Source: Vulcanimicrobiota bacterium (GTDB taxonomy: Bacteria > Vulcanimicrobiota > Xenobia > Xenobiales > JADMJV01). From it: a stretch of DNA of 64,000 bases. A program made the translations under genes and the position numbers. The notes beneath the pieces are model-generated. The model had not been told where the DNA came from, did no database searches, and saw only the letters and a program-made list of their open reading frames with translations. Below are positions 37,391-46,750 of this stretch, piece after piece (position 1 is the first letter of the stretch; every line of letters starts with the position of its first letter). Location of the stretch: assembly GCA_050250895.1 (NCBI GenBank), contig JBFWNU010000002.1:759659-823658 (forward strand), in the 5' to 3' direction.

Positions 37391-39056
37391 TGTCGAGCAG
37401 TTGCGCCTCTTTGTCTTTGCCGAGATGTCGCAGCACGGTGGCCAGGTTGGTGCGGGCTCGGACCACCTCGGGGTGGTGGGCGCCCAGGCTTTCGGTCAGC
37501 GTCGAGACCGCCGCCGAGATGAGTTCTTCGGCAACCTCGGTTTGGCCCCGTTCCAGAGCTAGCGTGCCCAGGTTGACCCGCACGGTGGCCGTGCGCGGAT
37601 GGGTGGGCCCGAGCCGCTCACGCCAGATTTCTAAGGCCTGCTGAAAGCCTCGTTCGGCTGCCTCGAGCTGTCCCGCTTGCTGATCCAGGCCGGCCAGGTT
37701 GTTGAGGCTGGTGGCCACATCGGGATGATCTTCGCCGAAATGCCGGCGGCGAATATCCAGAGCTTGTTGCAAGGCTGAGCGGGCATCCTCGAGGTTGCCC
37801 AGGCCGCGCTCGCTTTCCCCCAGATTGTTGAGGGTGGTGGCCAGGCTCGGGTGGCCTTCGTCGAGGCTTTCTTGCTGAATGGCCAGGGCTCGCCGGCACA
37901 GGCCGCGAGCCTCTTCCAAGCGACCGCTGGCCAGGTAGAGCGCGGCCAGGTTGTTGAGGCTGAGGGCCACGTCGGGGTGCCTCTCGCCGAGTGATTCCTC
38001 CCATAGCCGAAAAGACCGAACATAGAGCGGTTCGGCCTGGTGATAGCGGCCCTGGGCCAGATAGAGCATGGCCAGGTTGTTCAGGGTCACGGCCAGATCG
38101 GGATGATACGGCTGCAAGACCTTCTCGCGGATCACCAGCGAGCGCAGATAAAGACGCTCCGCCATCTCGAGTCGACCCATCACGCGATAAAGTTCGGCCA
38201 GATTGTTGAGGTCGGTAGCCACCTCGGGATGCTCGTCGCCGTAGCAGCGACGGTCGATGCCAAGAGCCCGTCGAAACAACACCTCGGCCTGCTCGAAGTT
38301 GCCCTCGAGGCGATGCAGTTCGGCGAGATTGTTATAACAGGTGCCCACGCTGGGGTGTTCGTCACCCGAGCGCTGGCGATGCATCTCGAGCGCTTGCCCC
38401 AAAAGCTCGCGGGCCTGACCCAACCGACCCTGCTTGCGACAAAGTTCGGCCAGGTTGTTAAGCCCGGTGGCCACGTGGCTGGGCTGGTCGTGTTCTCGCC
38501 AGCAGGCGACCGCTTCGTTATAGAGCTGGTGGGCCAGGTCGTAGGCCCCCAACTGCTCGTGCAGGCCGGCCAGGTTGTTCTTGACGGTGGCCACCTCGGG
38601 ATGGTCTTCACCATAGACTTCCATGCGCAAGGTGAGAGCTTCTTTGAAGAGCTCGCGGGCCTGCTTGAATTCTCGCTCGCACAGGCGCAGGCTGGCCAGG
38701 TTCGACAGGCAGGTGGCCAGTCCCGAAGGGTCGCGATGGCCGCGATAGGCCATCAGGGCCTGGCTGAGCATCCGGTCAGCCTCTTTGTAGCGTCCGGCCG
38801 TAACCAGAATTTCTCCCAGGGTGGCCTGACACGAGGCCGCTTCGAGCGAATCATCACCGCGGTTTTCGCTTTCGACCGCCAGCGCTTTGCGGATAGTCCG
38901 CTCGGCCTCTTCCAGCCGGCCCGTCAAGCGATAGAGAACGGCCAGATTGGCCAGGGTGACGGCGGGCTCGTCGGTCTTTTCCAACTCGGCGCGGAAGAGC
39001 TCTTCGGCCAGACCGAAATTGCCGTTTTGAAAGGCCGCCAGCGCGCTCGAACTCAT
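37353..39056 (-). CDS. Tetratricopeptide repeat protein (kinesin-light-chain-type 42-aa repeats)
   Basis: About 12 repeats of the type HPEVATxLNNLAxLY...G..EAE.L...AL.I. Confidence 0.9.
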   Translation of the reverse strand: MSSSALAAFQNGNFGLAEELFRAELEKTDEPAVTLANLAVLYRLTGRLEEAERTIRKALAVESENRGDDSLEAASCQATLGEILVTAGRYKEADRMLSQALMAYRGHRDPSGLATCLSNLASLRLCEREFKQARELFKEALTLRMEVYGEDHPEVATVKNNLAGLHEQLGAYDLAHQLYNEAVACWREHDQPSHVATGLNNLAELCRKQGRLGQARELLGQALEMHRQRSGDEHPSVGTCYNNLAELHRLEGNFEQAEVLFRRALGIDRRCYGDEHPEVATDLNNLAELYRVMGRLEMAERLYLRSLVIREKVLQPYHPDLAVTLNNLAMLYLAQGRYHQAEPLYVRSFRLWEESLGERHPDVALSLNNLAALYLASGRLEEARGLCRRALAIQQESLDEGHPSLATTLNNLGESERGLGNLEDARSALQQALDIRRRHFGEDHPDVATSLNNLAGLDQQAGQLEAAERGFQQALEIWRERLGPTHPRTATVRVNLGTLALERGQTEVAEELISAAVSTLTESLGAHHPEVVRARTNLATVLRHLGKDKEAQLLDNETRRPEPDLEF

Positions 39057-39090
39057 CTGCCGGCTTTCGCCACCCCCAGCTTTGTGCCTT

Positions 39091-39117
39091 CCAACAGCCT
39101 GTTCACTTAGGTTTAAC
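39091..39117. promoter_or_regulatory. 11-bp-period direct repeats CCAAC-N6-TTCAC-N6-TTAAC
   Basis: Pentamers end at 39095, 39106 and 39117 in a divergent intergenic region. Confidence 0.35.
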
Positions 39118-39195
39118 AACTTTGGGGGGTGACCGGAGGTATCTTCAGTTCAGAGATATTTAAGAGATACACAAGTCACCTCCAGGAGCCACGAC

Positions 39196-39324
39196 ATGAA
39201 GAAAAGCCGCATCGAGATTTCCATCCCCACCCAGAACAAGGCCTATGTTCGCACCGAGATGGACTGCCAGCACCAGCTCGAAGCCAAAGCCGCCGAGTCT
39301 TGCCGCCAGGAGCAGGCAGCTTAG
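39196..39324 (+). CDS. Small 42-aa protein not listed in the ORF track
   Basis: CAGGAG RBS, then ATG MKKSRIEISIPTQNKAYVRTEMDCQHQLEAKAAESCRQEQAA TAG. Confidence 0.55.
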   Translation: MKKSRIEISIPTQNKAYVRTEMDCQHQLEAKAAESCRQEQAA

Positions 39325-39402
39325 AGCAGCCCGAAACCAGACGGTAGCCGCGCGGGTTGATCCCTTTGACGGCCGCAGCCGGCGCGCCGCTGGAGAATTA
39401 CG

Positions 39403-40911
39403 CTGAATCTGCGCTTTGATAACCGGTTCCTCGAGGAACTTCCCGGTGATCCCCGCGAGGGTGGCTATCCTCGTCAGGTGCTTGGCGCCTGTTGGTCGCG
39501 GGTCAAACCTACCTCGGTTCGAGCCCCTCGCTTGTTGGCCTATGCCCGCGAAGTGGGCGACCTGCTTGGCCTGACCGCTCAGGAAATCGAATCGGAACGC
39601 TTTGCTCAGGTCTTTGCAGGCAATGACCTCGAGCCCGGCATGGACCCCTACGCCGCCTGCTATGGTGGGCATCAATTTGGCAACTGGGCCGGTCAACTCG
39701 GCGACGGCCGGGCTATCAACCTGGGCGAGGTCGTCCATGACGATCGCCGCTGGGAGATACAGCTCAAAGGCTCCGGGCTGACCCCCTATTCGCGCCACGC
39801 CGACGGGCGGGCGGTATTGCGCTCCTCCTTGCGCGAGTTTCTGTGCAGCGAGGCGATGCACCATCTCGGGGTGCCCACCACTCGTGCCTTGAGCCTTGTG
39901 CTCACCGGCGACCAGGTCATTCGCGACATGTTTTACGACGGCAACCCCGAGCCCGAGCCCGGAGCGGTGGTGTGCCGGGTGGCTCCCTCCTTCTTGCGCT
40001 TCGGCAACTACGAGATTCTGGCCGCCCGCGACAACACCGAACTGTTGACCAAGCTGGTCGACTTCACCATCGACCGCGACTTTCCCGAACTCGAGGGCGA
40101 CCGGGCCGCCTGGTTTGGCGAGGTCTGCCGGCGCACGGCCGTGATGGTGGCGCACTGGATGCGAGTTGGTTTCGTGCACGGCGTGATGAATACCGACAAC
40201 ATGTCGATCCTCGGCCTCACCATCGACTACGGGCCCTATGGCTGGCTCGACAACTTCGACCCCGACTGGACTCCCAACACCACCGACGCCGCCCGCCGTC
40301 GCTATCGCTACGGCCATCAACCGGCAGTGGCCCAATGGAATCTAGTTCGCCTCGCCAGCGCTCTGGTCGGCCTGTTCGAAGACGACACTCCCCTGCAGCA
40401 AGGTCTCAACGATTACGTCGAGGTGTTCAACCGCACTTCCCAGGAGTTCAACCTGGCCAAGTTCGGCCTGGGCCAGGCCGACGACCTCGAGCTGGTCGAA
40501 GAAGCCTACGGTCTGATGGCTCGAGCAGAAGTCGACATGACCCTCTTCTTTCGCGCCCTGCCCGGCGCTGCCAGCGTCGAGGACCTGGCTCACGCCTTTT
40601 ACGACGAGGACAAACGCCAGACCCACCGCGACGAGTTTTCGGCCTGGCTCGAGCGCTATCTGGGCCGGGCCCTTCCCGAACGGCGGGCCACCATGGATGC
40701 CGTCAATCCACTCTATGTGCCTCGCAACTATCTGGCCCAGGAGGCCATTGACGAGGTCGAAACCAGCGGCGAGACGACTCGCCTCGAAGCACTGCTCGAG
40801 GCCTTCCGCCGCCCCTACACCGAGCAACCTGGCTGCCAGCACTTCGCCGAGAAACGCCCCGACTGGGCTCGTAATCGCCCGGGTTGCTCGATGCTCTCAT
40901 GCAGTAGCTGA
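39403..40911 (+). CDS. selO: Protein adenylyltransferase SelO (YdiU)
   Basis: [53 protein letters not shown]-terminal MLSCSS; conserved-looking N-terminus [15 protein letters not shown] lies upstream of GTG 39478. Confidence 0.93.
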   Translation: MNLRFDNRFLEELPGDPREGGYPRQVLGACWSRVKPTSVRAPRLLAYAREVGDLLGLTAQEIESERFAQVFAGNDLEPGMDPYAACYGGHQFGNWAGQLGDGRAINLGEVVHDDRRWEIQLKGSGLTPYSRHADGRAVLRSSLREFLCSEAMHHLGVPTTRALSLVLTGDQVIRDMFYDGNPEPEPGAVVCRVAPSFLRFGNYEILAARDNTELLTKLVDFTIDRDFPELEGDRAAWFGEVCRRTAVMVAHWMRVGFVHGVMNTDNMSILGLTIDYGPYGWLDNFDPDWTPNTTDAARRRYRYGHQPAVAQWNLVRLASALVGLFEDDTPLQQGLNDYVEVFNRTSQEFNLAKFGLGQADDLELVEEAYGLMARAEVDMTLFFRALPGAASVEDLAHAFYDEDKRQTHRDEFSAWLERYLGRALPERRATMDAVNPLYVPRNYLAQEAIDEVETSGETTRLEALLEAFRRPYTEQPGCQHFAEKRPDWARNRPGCSMLSCSS

Positions 40912-40944
40912 GGGCCTGTCAGGAAGTAATCCCTGACAGGCCCT
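40911..40944. terminator. 13-bp perfect inverted repeat AGGGCCTGTCAGG...CCTGACAGGCCCT (terminator-like hairpin or miniature element)
   Basis: Directly after the selO stop; no U-tract. Confidence 0.5.
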
Positions 40945-41082
40945 AGCCTATGGATAGATCCGAAAGGGTGGGGCTACAGGAGCGCCTGGAGTGGGGTCAG
41001 GACGGTCGAGGCCGGCTATGATTAGGCGAGCATCGAGTTCTAAACCTGATGCATTCCATCTAAATGGGGAGAATATTTACTA

Positions 41083-41460
41083 ATGAAGACTCATCACGCC
41101 GCCTGGTACAAGCCCGAATACGACAGCACCTGGGACCGCGTCAAAGCCGCGTTTGCAAACGATTGGGAGCAGACCAAGAACGACTTCGGCTCGAAGTTCG
41201 CTCGCGACCTCGACCAGGATGTCGACGACACCATCAAGCAGATGGCCGGCAAACAGTCGACCGTTCGCTTCGGCGAGCGGGAATTTGACGACATGGAGCC
41301 GGCCTTCCGCTATGGCCACGCCGCGCGTCGCCACTACAACAAGGATTATCCCACCTGGAACACCGAGCTTCACAACAAGCTAAAAGCGGATTATCAGGGT
41401 GACTGGGACCGTGACTGGCCCCTCGTTCACCATGCCTACGGCTATCGCTATAAGGGCTAG
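41083..41460 (+). CDS. Hypothetical protein
   Basis: 125-aa ORF, GGGGAG upstream, followed by a terminator hairpin. Confidence 0.75.
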   Translation: MKTHHAAWYKPEYDSTWDRVKAAFANDWEQTKNDFGSKFARDLDQDVDDTIKQMAGKQSTVRFGEREFDDMEPAFRYGHAARRHYNKDYPTWNTELHNKLKADYQGDWDRDWPLVHHAYGYRYKG

Positions 41461-41496
41461 TCAGACTCGACCGGCAACGGCCGGACGATACGACGG

Positions 41497-41524
41497 GAAA
41501 GCCCCGCTCTCGAGCGGGGCTTTC
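41497..41524. terminator. Intrinsic terminator-like hairpin GAAAGCCCCGCT-CTCG-AGCGGGGCTTTC
   Basis: 12-bp stem with A/T-rich ends downstream of 41083..41460. Confidence 0.7.
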
Positions 41525-41569
41525 GGTTAGTTTCAGGGTAGTTTGAGGCGATTCGTCTAACCTGGCTGC

Positions 41570-41845
41570 ATGAGAATTCACGCTTTGACTCCGAGCTATA
41601 GCTATCCATCCCGGCCGGCGGCCAGCCCGCCCCCCAACAACCCCGGTCCTCAGGACCAGGTGACCATCAGCCGTCGTAAGCAAGGCCGCGCCTTGGAGTG
41701 GGCCGGGTTCGCGGGCATGATGGTCGGTGGGTCAGTGGTGGTAGCCAACAGCGTGGGCCTGATGTCGGCCGGCGGCGGCCTGGGCCTGGCCATCGCGGCC
41801 GCCGGCGGCGTGGCCATGGTGGCCGGCCGCTATATGCAGAACTGA
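41570..41845 (+). CDS. Small protein with a Pro/Ser-rich N-terminus and a C-terminal Gly-rich two-helix hydrophobic hairpin
   Basis: MRIHALTPSYSYPSRPAASPPPNNPGPQDQVTIS followed by two hydrophobic segments. Confidence 0.65.
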   Translation: MRIHALTPSYSYPSRPAASPPPNNPGPQDQVTISRRKQGRALEWAGFAGMMVGGSVVVANSVGLMSAGGGLGLAIAAAGGVAMVAGRYMQN

Positions 41846-41855
41846 ACTGTCACCC

Positions 41856-43409
41856 TCAGGGCGCATCGACATCGAAGGGACGATCGAACTGGTTTACCCC
41901 GCTACCTTGGGTCCCGAAAACCGTCCAGTTACTTCCCGCCATGTCGTCGAAGCGGATGATCCGACTGTTGTCACTGTCGGCCACGAAAATCTGCCCGCCG
42001 GTGCCCACGTCCAGGCCGACCGGCCGTTGGAACTGGTTTATTCCATTACCCATTGATCCGAAAGTGACCCAGTTGGTCCCGGTCATGTCGTCAAAGCGGG
42101 CGATTCGGTGGTTCAGCCGGTCGGTCACATAGATGCGACCGCTGGCATCCAGGGCCACGTCGGCGAGAAGGAAGAACTGGTTCACCCCGGGGCCAACGGT
42201 CCCGAAGGTAGTCCAGTTCGTGCCGGTCATGTCGTCAAAGCGCACCAACCGGCTGTTGGACGTATCGGCTACGTAGATCCTTCCGGCCGCATCCAGAGCC
42301 AATCCGTTCGGTTCGTCGAACTGGTTGACGCCATTGCCGAGGGAGCCGAAGGTGGTCCAGTTGGTGCCGGTCAGGTCGTCCATCCTGACGATTCGGCTGT
42401 TGCCGCCATCCACGAGGTAAATCCGTCCCTGCCCATCCAGAGCCGGGCTAGTGGGGAAGCTGAACTCGTTCACGCGGTTTCCCGCGTCGCCCAGGCTGAG
42501 CAGGTTGGCCCCGGTGATGTCGTCCACGCGGCGGATCCTCGAGTCGGAGGCGGTGAAGTAGATTTTCCCCTGACCGTCTCGAGTCGAGTTGTAAGGACGG
42601 GCCGGCACGTCCAGGGTAGTCCAGTTGGACCCGTTCAGGTCGTCGAACTGCACCACCCGCCGATTGAGAGTGTCCCCGACCAGGATTCCCCTGAGCAGCC
42701 CGCCAAAGGCGTCGCTGGCCGCCATGATGCCGGTGTCGGAGGTGGCCACCAGGGTGTAGCCGGCACCTCCGCGGTCGAGGACGAGGTCTGGGAAGGTGGC
42801 CACGCCATCGGTGGTGGTGAGCTGAGTGGTTCCGCTCAAGGTGGTCCCACCCGGGTTGTTGCCGAGGGTGATGGTCACGGTGGCGTTGGTCAGGTTGCCA
42901 AAGGCATCCCTAGCCTCAACCTGCACCGGCGGATTGATCGGCTGGTTGACCTGCACGTTCGACGGCTGCACCAAGAAGGTTAGCTGGCCGGCGGTGGCCG
43001 GGGTGATCGCGAACGAGTTGCTGGTAGCGCCCTGGAGGCCCGGTGACGAGGCCACCAGAGTATAGCCGGTGCTCACCCGGTCGAGGCTGAGGTCGTTGAA
43101 AGTCGCTACCCCGTTGACCGCGTTCTGAGTCGTCGTCCCCGCCAGCGTTGCTCCGCCCGGGTTGGAGCCCAACGAGATGGTCACGGGGTTGGTGGCCTGA
43201 GTGACGACCTGGCCGTTTTGGTCAAGAATGGCCACCTGTAGATTGGGGATGGTCGTCCCGGCGGTCCGCTGCGGCTGGCTCAGGAAGCTCAGGCTCGTGG
43301 GGGGACTGACGGTCTGAGGCGCCCCAGTGGCACCATCTCCTCCCTCGCAGGCCAACAAGGCTAGAGCTAACAGCGCGCTGAGGGCTAACCGTTGTAATCT
43401 TTTGAGCAT
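41856..43409 (-). CDS. Lipoprotein with two Ig-like domains and an NHL-repeat beta-propeller
   Basis: Lipobox LLAC; duplicated L.F..QP...NGVATF.DL.LDR...GYTLVA domain; repeats GRIYVADxxNSRxVRFDDMTGTNWTTFG. Confidence 0.88.
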   Translation of the reverse strand: MLKRLQRLALSALLALALLACEGGDGATGAPQTVSPPTSLSFLSQPQRTAGTTIPNLQVAILDQNGQVVTQATNPVTISLGSNPGGATLAGTTTQNAVNGVATFNDLSLDRVSTGYTLVASSPGLQGATSNSFAITPATAGQLTFLVQPSNVQVNQPINPPVQVEARDAFGNLTNATVTITLGNNPGGTTLSGTTQLTTTDGVATFPDLVLDRGGAGYTLVATSDTGIMAASDAFGGLLRGILVGDTLNRRVVQFDDLNGSNWTTLDVPARPYNSTRDGQGKIYFTASDSRIRRVDDITGANLLSLGDAGNRVNEFSFPTSPALDGQGRIYLVDGGNSRIVRMDDLTGTNWTTFGSLGNGVNQFDEPNGLALDAAGRIYVADTSNSRLVRFDDMTGTNWTTFGTVGPGVNQFFLLADVALDASGRIYVTDRLNHRIARFDDMTGTNWVTFGSMGNGINQFQRPVGLDVGTGGQIFVADSDNSRIIRFDDMAGSNWTVFGTQGSGVNQFDRPFDVDAP

Positions 43410-43488
43410 GGCGGAATTCCCCGGTGTCACAAGATCTGATACGATTTGTGTCTACGAGCCTGGGGTCCGCAAGACCTTTCGCCGGAAC

Positions 43489-43869
43489 CTACCCGGCTGT
43501 GGCAACCAGATATTGCTCGCGCTCGAATACGAAGGGGCCCAGCTGTCGATAGTCCCAATCCCGATGACTATGCGAGAAATCCCGCCAGGTCACGGCTTCA
43601 TCGCCTATCTGGATGATGAAGCTCAAATTCCAACAGCCCCAAGCGCCACACTCACAGAGCAAGCCGACGACTTCCTTGGCGCCACCTGAGGCGGCTAACT
43701 CCTTAGAAGTCTCGAAGACATCGCGGTAGAGGCCTGGACCATAAGATCCGGCGACCGAGGGAGTGCCGTCTTTCTTCGCCTGGGGAAGCTCCACTTCACG
43801 GAGCAGGTCGAGCAACCGCCGGCCGTCGATGAGGCATTCTTGTTCCACGATTTGAATCTTGTTTCGCAT
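43489..43869 (-). CDS. Hypothetical protein with CxCG..GCW motif
   Basis: LLCECGAWGCW...VTWRDFSHSHRDWDYRQLGPFVFEREQY; ATG 43869. Confidence 0.7.
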   Translation of the reverse strand: MRNKIQIVEQECLIDGRRLLDLLREVELPQAKKDGTPSVAGSYGPGLYRDVFETSKELAASGGAKEVVGLLCECGAWGCWNLSFIIQIGDEAVTWRDFSHSHRDWDYRQLGPFVFEREQYLVATAG

Positions 43870-43946
43870 CTCAGCTCGCCTTAGACTTCTAATATTACCC
43901 GCCGGGATCAGCCCCCAAACCCGGACGACGAAGCGCCCTTTCCCTG

Positions 43947-43981
43947 AAAAAAAAGGAGGCGGACGATGGCTCGTCCGCCTC
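43947..43981 (-). terminator. Rho-independent terminator
   Basis: GAGGCGGACGA-GCCA-TCGTCCGCCTC followed by C and T8 on the minus strand. Confidence 0.85.
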
Positions 43982-44060
43982 GCTGCATATCCGCAGTCAG
44001 TTGCCGCGGCCACGCCGCGGCTCCCAACTCTGTAGCACCACCGTCTGTCGACCCGTCTAA

Positions 44061-44681
44061 CTACGGCCGGTGGGTGCAAATCATCTTGTGGGCGTTGCAA
44101 TAGTGGGCCGGGTAGTTGTATTGGTTCGGGTTGTTGTTGCCGTATTGGCCGTTGTGGTTGCCACGGTTTCCGTTATTGTGCTTGTGGTGACCGCGGCCAT
44201 TCTGATTACGATGACGCTTGTCGTGCCGGTCGTTGTCATCGCACTGGCCCTGGTTGCCCTGGTAACCCCCGTTGTAGTTGCCGTTGCCATATTGGGGGTG
44301 GCTGCAATACTGGTTGTGCTGGTTGCAGTAATAGTGGCCGGGTGGGGGGCCGCCGTAGTTGCCCTGGTTATTGCTGTATTGCGCGTGGTTGCAATACTGG
44401 TTGTGCTGGTTGCAGTAGTAGAAACCGGGCGGTGGGCCGTTGTTGCCCTGGTTATTGTTGCAGTTGCCCTGGTTGTTGTTGCCGTATTGGGCATGGTTGC
44501 AATACTGGTTGTGCTGGCTGCAGTAGTAGAACCCTGGCGGGGCCTGATTCTGATGGGACTGCGTATTGCGGCCGCCGTTGATGAGTCGGTCGAGGCGTTG
44601 GAGAACGTTTGTCTGCGCCGACGCGCTACCGGACATCATCGCGACCACCATAGCCAGGACGGCTAATCGACGAACGATCAT
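44061..44681 (-). CDS. Secreted Asn/Gln/Tyr-rich protein with four CxxHxxxCxH repeats
   Basis: GGAGG RBS, signal peptide ending ASA, repeats PPG(F/H)YYC(S/N)QHNQYC(N/S)H. Confidence 0.8.
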   Translation of the reverse strand: MIVRRLAVLAMVVAMMSGSASAQTNVLQRLDRLINGGRNTQSHQNQAPPGFYYCSQHNQYCNHAQYGNNNQGNCNNNQGNNGPPPGFYYCNQHNQYCNHAQYSNNQGNYGGPPPGHYYCNQHNQYCSHPQYGNGNYNGGYQGNQGQCDDNDRHDKRHRNQNGRGHHKHNNGNRGNHNGQYGNNNPNQYNYPAHYCNAHKMICTHRP

Positions 44682-44781
44682 GTCCTAACCTCCGAGACTG
44701 GTGATCTCCTGACCCATGGGTCAGGGTGGTTCCATCTTACCGGCCCAAGCCGAAGCCCACATGACAGCCTGTGACAGGCGG

Positions 44782-46554
44782 CTAGAACAGGTAAAGCAGG
44801 CCTAACAGGATGATGGCATAGAGAGCGCTCAGACCGATCGGGAGGGCGGTACGCTCCAGGCGACGATAGGCTCGTTCTTGCCAGGCCTCGACCTGGGCGG
44901 GAGTGCGGGACAAGCGCAGGGCGAGCGCTGCCAGAGGGACTACGAAGCCCCCCAGGCCGTGACGCAGGCGGGCTCGTAGCGGCAGCAGGAAGTTGCGCAT
45001 GACGGCCGTGTCGGCGGCCTCGTTGAGGTCGTTGAGGGAGCGATCGCAGAGCCCATAGAACAGGCGCGAACCCTTGCGATAGAACCAGTCGAAATCGAGG
45101 TTGATGACGCGTTTTTCGGCCGGGTCAAAGCCGCCCAGCAGCATCAGGCCAAAGGCCAGCCCGGCGAAGGAGAGGAGCTGCAACTGTTCGAGAATGTGGC
45201 CGCCCGTGTAGGGCTGGTAGTCGACGGCGTAGGGCACGATACGATAGACGGTCTGGTAGGGAAAGCATCCGATCACCACGCAGGCTGCGGCCGATAGACC
45301 CATGGCTGCCAGCATCGGGGCTGGCGCCTCTTTGACCCGGTGGCCGGCGTCGTGGCTGAAGAAGGTGAAAAAGGGAATCTTGATGCCGGCATGGTGGAGC
45401 ACCCCGGCCGAGGCGAAGACCAGGGCGAACCAGACCACAATGTGATGCTCTTCGGCGGCGCTGCTGACGATCAGCGACTTCGAGACAAAACCCGAGAAGC
45501 CCGGCACCGCCGAGATCGAGGCCGCGCCTACCAGGCAGAAGGCGCAACTCCACGGCATGCTTTTGTAGAGGCCACCCAGGCCGGTGCAATTGGCGGTGCC
45601 GGTGCGCAGCATGGCCGCACCCACCGCCATGAAGAGCAGGCCTTTGAAGAGAATGTCGTTGAAGGCGTGGGCGATGGCTCCGTTGACGGCCAGGTGGGTG
45701 CCGATGCCGATGCCCACCACCATGAAGCCCACCTGGTTGACCATGCTGTAGGCCAGCACTCGTCGCAGGTCGTTTTCGATCACGGCATAGAAGATCGGGA
45801 AGACGGTCATCACGGCCCCGATGTAGATAAGTGGCTCGGCCCCCTCGAAGCAGCGGGCCAGGGCGTAGACGGCCGTCTTGGTGGTGAAGGCCGACAGGAA
45901 GATGATGCCGCCGATGGTGGCCTCGGGATAGGCGTCGGTCACCCAGGTGTGCAGCAGCGGCCAGGCGCAGTTGAGGCCAAGACCGAGGAAGATGGCCCAG
46001 GCTCCGGGCGCGGCCAGGCCGATCGGACCCATGCGACTGGTGCCGGTGGCCGTGATGTAGCTCAACAGCCCATAGAGCAGCAGCAGTCCGCCCGCAAAGT
46101 GCAGCAAGAGATAGCGCACCGCCGCCGCCCGGGCCTTGTCGGTCTGGCGGTTGAGAATCAGGAAGGTGGCTGCCAGCCCGAGCACTTCCCAGTAGGCATA
46201 GAAGCTGAAATAGTCGCCGGCCGTAACCGCGCCCACGGCGGCCCCGGCATAGACCAGGCCGGTCGTGAACTCGACATCGTTATCGAAGTGAAAGCAGTAG
46301 AGCAGCGCGATCAGGGCCACGACGTGGAAGATGAGTACGAAAGCGCGACTGAGCGGGTCGATGCGAGCCAGGATCAGCTGCTGACCGAGAAAGTCGTAGA
46401 CGCCCATGTCGACGCCGGGCTGCAGCTGCCAGACGTTGTACAGGCTGGCCAGGGGTAGGGCCAGGAGATAGGCCTTCTTGATAGCGCCTTTGAGGAAAGG
46501 GACCAGGGCCGCTCCCAGCATCATGACCAGGGCGGGCAGGACGACTTCATTCAT
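44782..46554 (-). CDS. Mrp-type Na+/H+ antiporter large subunit (MrpA/D, NuoL-like)
   Basis: PLLHTWVTDAYPEAT, LSAFTTKTAVY, ENDLRRVLAYS, GFVSKS; multi-TM. Confidence 0.88.
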   Translation of the reverse strand: MNEVVLPALVMMLGAALVPFLKGAIKKAYLLALPLASLYNVWQLQPGVDMGVYDFLGQQLILARIDPLSRAFVLIFHVVALIALLYCFHFDNDVEFTTGLVYAGAAVGAVTAGDYFSFYAYWEVLGLAATFLILNRQTDKARAAAVRYLLLHFAGGLLLLYGLLSYITATGTSRMGPIGLAAPGAWAIFLGLGLNCAWPLLHTWVTDAYPEATIGGIIFLSAFTTKTAVYALARCFEGAEPLIYIGAVMTVFPIFYAVIENDLRRVLAYSMVNQVGFMVVGIGIGTHLAVNGAIAHAFNDILFKGLLFMAVGAAMLRTGTANCTGLGGLYKSMPWSCAFCLVGAASISAVPGFSGFVSKSLIVSSAAEEHHIVVWFALVFASAGVLHHAGIKIPFFTFFSHDAGHRVKEAPAPMLAAMGLSAAACVVIGCFPYQTVYRIVPYAVDYQPYTGGHILEQLQLLSFAGLAFGLMLLGGFDPAEKRVINLDFDWFYRKGSRLFYGLCDRSLNDLNEAADTAVMRNFLLPLRARLRHGLGGFVVPLAALALRLSRTPAQVEAWQERAYRRLERTALPIGLSALYAIILLGLLYLF

Positions 46555-46750
46555 AGTAGTCCTCCTCTCGCTCCACCAGCGGTCGCAGGCAGTGCTTGGA
46601 GATCAAGACCAGCAGGGCGTAAGCCACGAAGCTATAGACGGCATAGAAGCCGGGCCAGCTTTCCCAGGCGAAATGGGGATGCCGCTCGACCAGCGGGTCG
46701 GCCAGCAAAAGCAGCGCGCACAGGGCGAAGAGCGCATAGAGAAACCTCAT
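46547..46750 (-). CDS. Small two-TM protein of the Mrp operon
   Basis: HPHFAWESWPGFYAVYSF...REEDYYE; overlaps both neighbours. Confidence 0.75.
   Translation of the reverse strand: MRFLYALFALCALLLLADPLVERHPHFAWESWPGFYAVYSFVAYALLVLISKHCLRPLVEREEDYYE

Noticed and set aside
40890-40944. selO TGA as selenocysteine with the downstream hairpin as a SECIS
   Set aside because: The protein already ends in the Cys form (CSS), so the TGA is not at the Sec-equivalent position and read-through is not needed
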